From: Thermosulfurimonas dismutans
GTDB lineage: Bacteria > Desulfobacterota > Thermodesulfobacteria > Thermodesulfobacteriales > Thermodesulfobacteriaceae
Length of the DNA stretch: 30,974 nucleotides
Direction of reading: 5' to 3'
NCBI RefSeq assembly: GCF_001652585.1
Contig: NZ_LWLG01000021.1
Coordinates: forward strand, 1 to 30,974
Shown here: positions 25,854-30,974 of the stretch, piece after piece
How the letters are laid out: each line of letters opens with the position of its first letter
Position numbering within the stretch: the first letter of the stretch is position 1
Program-made: the position numbers and the translations under genes
The notes under the pieces: generated by a model
Told to the model about the DNA's origin: nothing
The model's database searches: none
Seen by the model: only the letters and a program-made list of their open reading frames with translations

Positions 25854-26735
25854 TCAGACACTAGAGTCTTTTTCAAGATCTCGATGAGTAACCAGGATAT
25901 GCCTCCCAGCCGCCTTCAATCTTTCGGCTAGGGCCTCCGTAATGGCCACCGATCGGTGTCGCCCACCGGTGCATCCCAAGGCCACCACCACATACCCCCT
26001 TCCTTCTTTTTCATAATACGGAAAGACAAAATTTAAAAGCCCCGAAAGATCATCCAAGAACCTACGGGCCTCCTCGCTACTCAAGACATATTGCTTTATC
26101 CGACCATCCAGGCCAGAAAGCGCTTTTAATTCGGGAACAAAATAGGGATTGGGAAGGAATCGGAGATCAAAGACAAAATGGGCCTCAGCAGGAAGACCGT
26201 ATTTAAACCCGAAAGAAAGGAGGTGGATAGTAGGCAAACGCAATCTTTCCCGGGAACCATATCTTCTTAGAATCTCGCTTCGCAATTGATAAAGGTTGAA
26301 ATTCGAAGTGTCTATAACTGTAGTAGCCATTTCTTTTAAAGAGGCCAGGAGATCCGCCTCCTTGAGGATGGCCTCCCTTAAAGGAATGTCTTTGCCTAGA
26401 GGATGAGGCCTCCGCGTCTGACTGTAACGATAGATAAGGATTTCCAGCGAGGCTGTAAGAAAAAGGATTTCTAGGTAATACCCTCTTTCCCGAACCTTCT
26501 TAAAAATGGGCTCGAAGTTCTCAATAAAATCCTCCCCCCGTACATCCATCACCAGAGCAAGCTTCTGAGGACCTTCCCGCTCTTTGATTTCAAGCAAGGG
26601 CAAAAGTAGGGAAACCGGCAGATTGTCTACGCAAAAGTATCCTAGATCCTCAAAGGCCTTGAGAGCCGTGCTCTTCCCAGAGCCCGAAAGACCGGTAATA
26701 ACAACTATTTCGAGATCTTTAAAATTCCCGATCAA
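25854..26735 (-). CDS. rapZ: RNase adapter / nucleotide-binding protein RapZ (YhbJ family)
   Basis: VVITGLSGSGKSTALKAFEDLGYFCVDNLP, FLPNPYFVPELK, ALGCTGGRHRSV. The apparent start is TTG. Confidence 0.9.
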   Translation of the reverse strand: MIGNFKDLEIVVITGLSGSGKSTALKAFEDLGYFCVDNLPVSLLLPLLEIKEREGPQKLALVMDVRGEDFIENFEPIFKKVRERGYYLEILFLTASLEILIYRYSQTRRPHPLGKDIPLREAILKEADLLASLKEMATTVIDTSNFNLYQLRSEILRRYGSRERLRLPTIHLLSFGFKYGLPAEAHFVFDLRFLPNPYFVPELKALSGLDGRIKQYVLSSEEARRFLDDLSGLLNFVFPYYEKEGRGYVVVALGCTGGRHRSVAITEALAERLKAAGRHILVTHRDLEKDSSV

Positions 26736-27177
26736 AATGAACGATAACCTCGAGGATTTCTTTCTTATCCCGGGCCGAAAGGATGGCCTCTCGAAAGGCC
26801 TTCTCCCGTAACATACGGGCTAAATTTGATAAACAGCGAAGATAAGCTGAGGTCTCCCTCTCCGGGGCCAGGACCGTAAAAATAATCTTAACAGGCTGAC
26901 CATCTGGAGCCTCAAAATCTATACCTTTTAGAATGCGGGCTGCGCCAATATATATCCTGGAAAGGAGGGGGAGACGGGCATGGGGAAGGGCTACCCCCTC
27001 CCCCATGGCGGTGGACCCCATCTTTTCCCTCTCTACCAGAGCGGCTTCGATCTTCTCCGGTTTAAGACCGGTTTCCTCAGCTAGAAATAGGCTAAGGTCT
27101 TTCAAAACTTGCCATTTATCGGAAACTTTAATCTCTTCAAGTACACATTTTTCAGCGATAAGAGGACGTATACGCAC
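26719..27177 (-). CDS. ptsN: Nitrogen-PTS EIIA (PtsN, EIIA-Ntr)
   Basis: EIIA type-2 fold with the phosphorylation-site context GSTAMGEGVALPHARL. GTG start. Position is between hpf and rapZ, as in Proteobacteria. Confidence 0.85.
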   Translation of the reverse strand: MRIRPLIAEKCVLEEIKVSDKWQVLKDLSLFLAEETGLKPEKIEAALVEREKMGSTAMGEGVALPHARLPLLSRIYIGAARILKGIDFEAPDGQPVKIIFTVLAPERETSAYLRCLSNLARMLREKAFREAILSARDKKEILEVIVHFDREF

Positions 27178-27183
27178 CGAAAC

Positions 27184-27696
27184 CTACTCCGGAATACAGA
27201 GGATAATCCTTTCTCCTTCCCTGGTAAGGGCACAGATCTTGTCCCCTTCATCCGGATTGATAAAGAGAAAAACCGGACGCTCAACCTTGGAAAATTGCTC
27301 TAGAGCCTCCTCCACGGACATAGGCTTAAGGGAAACTCTCTCAACTTGGATTTCAGGCTGAACCAGCTCGCCAGAACTTTCAATGCTTATACTACGCCGA
27401 CCTTTTTTGTTAATGCCTTTCCTCTTTTCCCGGAATCTTTTGATCTGTTTCTCCAAGATATCAGAAACCAGGTCAATAGCCTCGTACATATCTCCGGTTT
27501 CTTCTTTGGCTGTGACATCCAATCCGTCCCCTCTCAAGATTACCTCAACCTCGTTCCTAAGTTTTTCAGCCTTAAGGATCACCTGGGCCTCAACCGGACC
27601 TTCGAAGTACTTCTCTAAGCGCCCGATCTTCTTGCGCACGTACTCCTTAAGACCTTCAGAAGAATCCAGGTGTCTAAAAGTAATATTGATCTGCAT
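27184..27696 (-). CDS. hpf: Ribosome hibernation promoting factor, long form
   Basis: MQINITFRHLDSSEGLKEYVRKKIGRLEKYF... plus a C-terminal extension of about 60 aa (...PMSVEEALEQF...). SD AGGAGG. Confidence 0.9.
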   Translation of the reverse strand: MQINITFRHLDSSEGLKEYVRKKIGRLEKYFEGPVEAQVILKAEKLRNEVEVILRGDGLDVTAKEETGDMYEAIDLVSDILEKQIKRFREKRKGINKKGRRSISIESSGELVQPEIQVERVSLKPMSVEEALEQFSKVERPVFLFINPDEGDKICALTREGERIILCIPE

Positions 27697-27707
27697 ATCA
27701 ACCTCCT

Positions 27708-29096
27708 TCAGGAGAATTTCTTGCGACTACGGGCTGAAGGATACCCCAAAGCCTCTCGATACTTGGCCACCGTCCTTCGAGCTATTTTGACTTTATATTT
27801 AGTCTCCAGCAGTTTGGCAAGTTCTTGATCGGTGTAAGGACGTCGCGGATCTTCTGAAGCTATCAAATCCTTCAGATACTCCTTGACGGTCTGAGAGGAA
27901 ACCTCTCCAGAGGACCCCTTCACCCCGGAGGGAAAGAAAAATTTAAGTTCATATAGTCCATGAGGCGTTTCGGCGTATTTATTATGGGTAACCCGGCTCA
28001 CAGTAGATTCATGCACACCGATCCTTTCGGCCACATCCTTTAAGGTTAAAGGCCTAAGATAGGCTGGCCCTTTCTCCAGGAATTCTCCCTGAAGTTCCGC
28101 CAAGACCTCAGCCACCCTGAGAAGGGTCTTTCCCCTTTGATCAAGACTTTTCATGAGCCATTCCGCCGAACGGAGCTTCTCTCGAATAAACATCTTGGCC
28201 TTACGGGGAATGAAGGGATCCGAAAGGAGATTCCTGTAATAGCTGTTGAGTTTGAGCCGTGGAAGGCCCTCTTCGTAAAGGCGGGCTCGCCAGCGATTCC
28301 CTTCCTTGTAGAAGATCACATCTGGTTCCACATAAAGCGTCCTTTCCGTAGAAAAGGCCCTTCCGGGATAGGGTTCAAGACCGCGGATAACCTCAAGGGC
28401 TCGGCTAATTTCTTCTTCGGAAATGCCGAATTTTTTGGCCAGATACGTTTCTCCTTTGGGCACTTCTTTAAGATAGTCTCTCACTATCTCCGCAGGCAAA
28501 GAGTCCTCTGGGTATCCTAGATAGTGGAGCTGTGCCAGAAGACATTCCTCAAGAGAAAGAGAACCTATTCCCACAGGATCAAAAAACTTAAGGCGCTCCC
28601 TCACCTCCTCCACCAAAGAAAGAGAAACATTTAGATCCCGGGATACCTCCTCCGGAGAAATGGTAAGATAGCCCCTTTCGTCTAGATTCCGAATGATGTA
28701 TTCAGCCACCGTCTTTTCTTCTTCCGAAAAGCCTGCGAGAGCTAGTTGCCAGAGTAAATGTTCACATAGCCCTTCTTCTTTCCTTACTCGACCCTCCCAG
28801 TAGATAGGCTCCTTCTCTTCAAAGGCAAAGGGAGGATAAGGAGAAGGTTCTTCTTCTACCAAAGTTTCCCACAGATCGGTTTCTTCAACATTTTTTTCTT
28901 CTTTCAAACTCTCTTCTATGGAGAAGTTTCCATCCGGGTTTTCAAGCTCAAGCAGGGGATTGCTTTCCAGTTCCGTCCGTAAATATTCCATAAGTTCTAA
29001 GCGGTTTAACTGAAGTAACTTCAGGGCCTGCCTCAATTGAGGGGTCAGTATAAGTTCCGGCCGGAGCTTGAGCTGGGTCTTCAGTTCCAGAGCCAC
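27708..29096 (-). CDS. rpoN: RNA polymerase sigma-54 factor RpoN
   Basis: Region I LKLRPELILTPQLRQALKLLQLNRLEL. HTH TLKDVAERIGVHESTVSRV. RpoN box ARRTVAKYREALG. The start is reassigned to GTG at 29096 (SD GAGGAGG, 10 nt after the lptB stop) in place of the track start at 29180. Confidence 0.9.
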   Translation of the reverse strand: MALELKTQLKLRPELILTPQLRQALKLLQLNRLELMEYLRTELESNPLLELENPDGNFSIEESLKEEKNVEETDLWETLVEEEPSPYPPFAFEEKEPIYWEGRVRKEEGLCEHLLWQLALAGFSEEEKTVAEYIIRNLDERGYLTISPEEVSRDLNVSLSLVEEVRERLKFFDPVGIGSLSLEECLLAQLHYLGYPEDSLPAEIVRDYLKEVPKGETYLAKKFGISEEEISRALEVIRGLEPYPGRAFSTERTLYVEPDVIFYKEGNRWRARLYEEGLPRLKLNSYYRNLLSDPFIPRKAKMFIREKLRSAEWLMKSLDQRGKTLLRVAEVLAELQGEFLEKGPAYLRPLTLKDVAERIGVHESTVSRVTHNKYAETPHGLYELKFFFPSGVKGSSGEVSSQTVKEYLKDLIASEDPRRPYTDQELAKLLETKYKVKIARRTVAKYREALGYPSARSRKKFS

Positions 29097-29106
29097 GGCT
29101 TCCTCC

Positions 29107-29841
29107 TCAGATGGTAAAATCTTCGCCGAGATAGAGAGTTCGAGCCCGTTCGTTCCGTACGATCTCTTCCGGAGGACCACTCGCGATGATTTGCCCGCCA
29201 GCTACAATGTAGGCCCGGTCACAGACCGCAAGGGTCTCTCTTACATTGTGATCTGAAATGAGAAGCCCCAAGCCCTTCTCTTTGAGCCTTTTAAGGGTGA
29301 CTTTAAGATCCGCCACGGCCAAAGGATCTATCCCAGCAAAAGGCTCGTCGAGCAGGAGAAACCGTGGTTCGGTAGCTAGGGCCCGCATGATCTCCACCCG
29401 TCGTCTCTCTCCTCCGGAAAGAGAGTATCCTTTCTGTTTACGCAGGTGTTCTACCGAAAGAAGAGATAGAAGTTCCTCTAATTTCTCCTGAGCCTCTTTG
29501 AGACTCTTTCCGGTTTCCTCAAGGACCAATCTAACATTTTCCTCCACCGTAAGGCGTCTAAAGATAGAAGGTTCCTGGGGAAGATAAACCAGTCCCGCCC
29601 GGGCTCTCTGATAGACCGGAAGTCTAGTAATATCTTGTTCTTCCAACAGGACTTGGCCATCATCCGGCCTAAGGAAACCGGCTATCATATAAAAAGTAGT
29701 GGTCTTGCCCGCGCCATTAGGTCCAAGAAGCCCCACTATCTCTCCGGCCTGAATTTCAAGGTCTACTCCCTTGACCACTTCCCGCTTCTTAAATTTTTTA
29801 CGGAGCCTTTGGGCCCTAAGTCTAGTCCTCGGTATAGACAT
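29107..29841 (-). CDS. lptB: LPS export ABC transporter ATPase LptB
   Basis: Walker A GPNGAGKTT. Signature LSGGERRRVEIMRAL. Walker B FLLLDEPFAGIDP. Position is between lptA and rpoN. Confidence 0.9.
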   Translation of the reverse strand: MSIPRTRLRAQRLRKKFKKREVVKGVDLEIQAGEIVGLLGPNGAGKTTTFYMIAGFLRPDDGQVLLEEQDITRLPVYQRARAGLVYLPQEPSIFRRLTVEENVRLVLEETGKSLKEAQEKLEELLSLLSVEHLRKQKGYSLSGGERRRVEIMRALATEPRFLLLDEPFAGIDPLAVADLKVTLKRLKEKGLGLLISDHNVRETLAVCDRAYIVAGGQIIASGPPEEIVRNERARTLYLGEDFTI

Positions 29842-30277
29842 AGGCTTCTACCCTTCCGTTCCCGGACGATAAAACCTCGCTACGATTCTCCTTGAAATAA
29901 ATTACCACTATGGCCCCTCTAACCTCGTCCTTGCCATGCCAGACCCGAGGATTATCTTCAAGCACCAATCGATCTTCATCCTTGAAATAAACGGCTTTGC
30001 CGGAAAGAGCCCGCCATCTCCCCTTTTCTATCCTTACCTCCCCCAAAGCAATAAGCTTTTTGACCTCCCGTCGTCCTTTGCGTATCTCGTAATAAACATA
30101 AAGTCTATTAGACCAGAGTTTGAGATCCCCCTTTTTAGCTTCTACGTGTCCGGTAAAGACCGCAAGTTTTTCATCTTCAAGAACTTCCATACGATCGGAA
30201 CGAATATCAATAGGAGCGGCCCAAAGGTGGCCCACAAGAAGACAGAGACCAAAAAAGACCAGGCCCCATCTAACCAT
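29822..30277 (-). CDS. lptA: LPS transport periplasmic protein LptA (OstA-like)
   Basis: Signal peptide, then IDIRSDRMEVLEDEKLAVFTGHVEAKKGDLKLWSNRLYVYY. Size is 151 aa. Synteny supports the call. Confidence 0.8.
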   Translation of the reverse strand: MVRWGLVFFGLCLLVGHLWAAPIDIRSDRMEVLEDEKLAVFTGHVEAKKGDLKLWSNRLYVYYEIRKGRREVKKLIALGEVRIEKGRWRALSGKAVYFKDEDRLVLEDNPRVWHGKDEVRGAIVVIYFKENRSEVLSSGNGRVEAYVYTED

Positions 30278-30809
30278 GAAATTCCACCTGACTTCTCTGT
30301 TTGACCCTCAATTTCCCAGTAGAGACTTGATATTCAAAACCTATTCCTTTAATAATAAGCCCCCTGTCCTTCAATACCACCGGGGCCTGGTTGGTAAGGA
30401 TATGCTTCCGAGGGAAATAATAAAGGACCTCGGTAAAAAGCATACCCTTTTCAGGGGTTTTTAGAACCACTTTCTTCCGAAAGACAAAAAAATCTTTTTG
30501 TCTTTCATAAATCCCCTGACGGGCTTTAATAAATAGTCCCTCTTTTTGGAGAGAAAAAATTTGAGGAGAAGTCATCTCTATCCGATCTGGATAGCGATTA
30601 GCCTCTTTAGCTTGGACCTTCCACTCAGGCCTACCTTTTCGAAAGTAAACATACTCTAGGTCTTTAAAGGTATTTCGGGGCTTTTCCGGAACTTCTTTTG
30701 GTTTAGGAGCTGCAGGGACTTTATTGGTCTTTGGCGAGGGAGGTGGGGTTTGGGTGCAGGATACACATCCCCACAGTAATACTATCAAGAAGACAAGAAT
30801 TCTTGCCAT
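30270..30809 (-). CDS. lptC: LPS export protein LptC
   Basis: N-terminal anchor ARILVFLIVLLWGCVSC followed by a beta-jellyroll-sized domain. Synteny is kdsC-lptC-lptA-lptB. I prefer the ATG at 30809 (SD GGGAGG 4 nt upstream); 30821 is the alternative. Confidence 0.7.
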   Translation of the reverse strand: MARILVFLIVLLWGCVSCTQTPPPSPKTNKVPAAPKPKEVPEKPRNTFKDLEYVYFRKGRPEWKVQAKEANRYPDRIEMTSPQIFSLQKEGLFIKARQGIYERQKDFFVFRKKVVLKTPEKGMLFTEVLYYFPRKHILTNQAPVVLKDRGLIIKGIGFEYQVSTGKLRVKQRSQVEFHG

Positions 30810-30973
30810 AGAGCCTCCCATTTGCCATGAGCTTTCAGAATGAGATCACAAACCTCTCTTACCGCCCCTCTCCCCCCCGGTCTTTGGGTGACATAGTGAA
30901 CCCATTCCTTGACCGGAGGCCAGGCCTCTGGAACCGTAATCGCAAGCCCCACTCGCTTCAAAACCGGAATATC
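30785..30973 (-). CDS. kdsC: KDO 8-phosphate phosphatase KdsC, C-terminal fragment (5' part outside the window)
   Basis: My own translation, as this ORF is not in the track: DIPVLKRVGLAITVPEAWPPVKEWVHYVTQRPGGRGAVREVCDLILKAHGKWEALWQEFLSS*. The GGRGAVREVCDLIL block is the conserved KdsC C-terminus. Confidence 0.75.
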   Translation of the reverse strand, partial: DIPVLKRVGLAITVPEAWPPVKEWVHYVTQRPGGRGAVREVCDLILKAHGKWEALWQEFLSS

Positions 30974-30974
30974 C

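Overview
About 96% of the window is coding, and every gene from 30973 down to 1234 lies on the minus strand (32 co-directional genes, mostly separated by under 30 nt or overlapping). I infer a thermophile-like diderm bacterium from the LPS-transport genes, the type II secretion system (T2SS) and the Glu/Lys/Arg/Leu-rich proteins. All family calls rest on motifs I recognise by eye, because no database search was possible.

Reading right to left:
1. A conserved sigma-54 / nitrogen-PTS neighbourhood: kdsC'-lptC-lptA-lptB-rpoN-hpf-ptsN-rapZ-EIIA(Man)-rimI.
2. A triose-phosphate block: canonical gap, a 1385-aa PPDK-derived protein, a 412-aa long-form GAPDH paralog, then pgk. The PPDK-derived protein keeps the ATP-grasp and phosphohistidine domains, has no PEP/pyruvate TIM barrel, and carries about 880 aa of unrecognised N-terminal sequence.
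3. Only 15 nt further on, a tightly translationally coupled, non-canonically ordered T2SS operon: gspE-gspF-lipoprotein-gspG-gspL-gspM-gspI-gspJ-gspK-gspC-gspD-small membrane protein.
4. An accessory tail with its own AT-rich promoter. It encodes a 1364-aa secreted protein with dockerin-like, PKD and EF-hand modules, followed by a clostripain-like (peptidase C11) lipoprotein.
5. IS debris: an internally collapsed IS3-family copy and the 3' end of an IS256-family transposase, which is the only plus-strand gene.

I saw no tRNA, rRNA or CRISPR array. The best candidates for something undescribed are the TIM-barrel-less dikinase sitting between two GAPDH genes, and the atypical T2SS with its embedded FN3-like lipoprotein and the adjacent candidate cargo pair (giant dockerin protein plus C11 lipoprotein).
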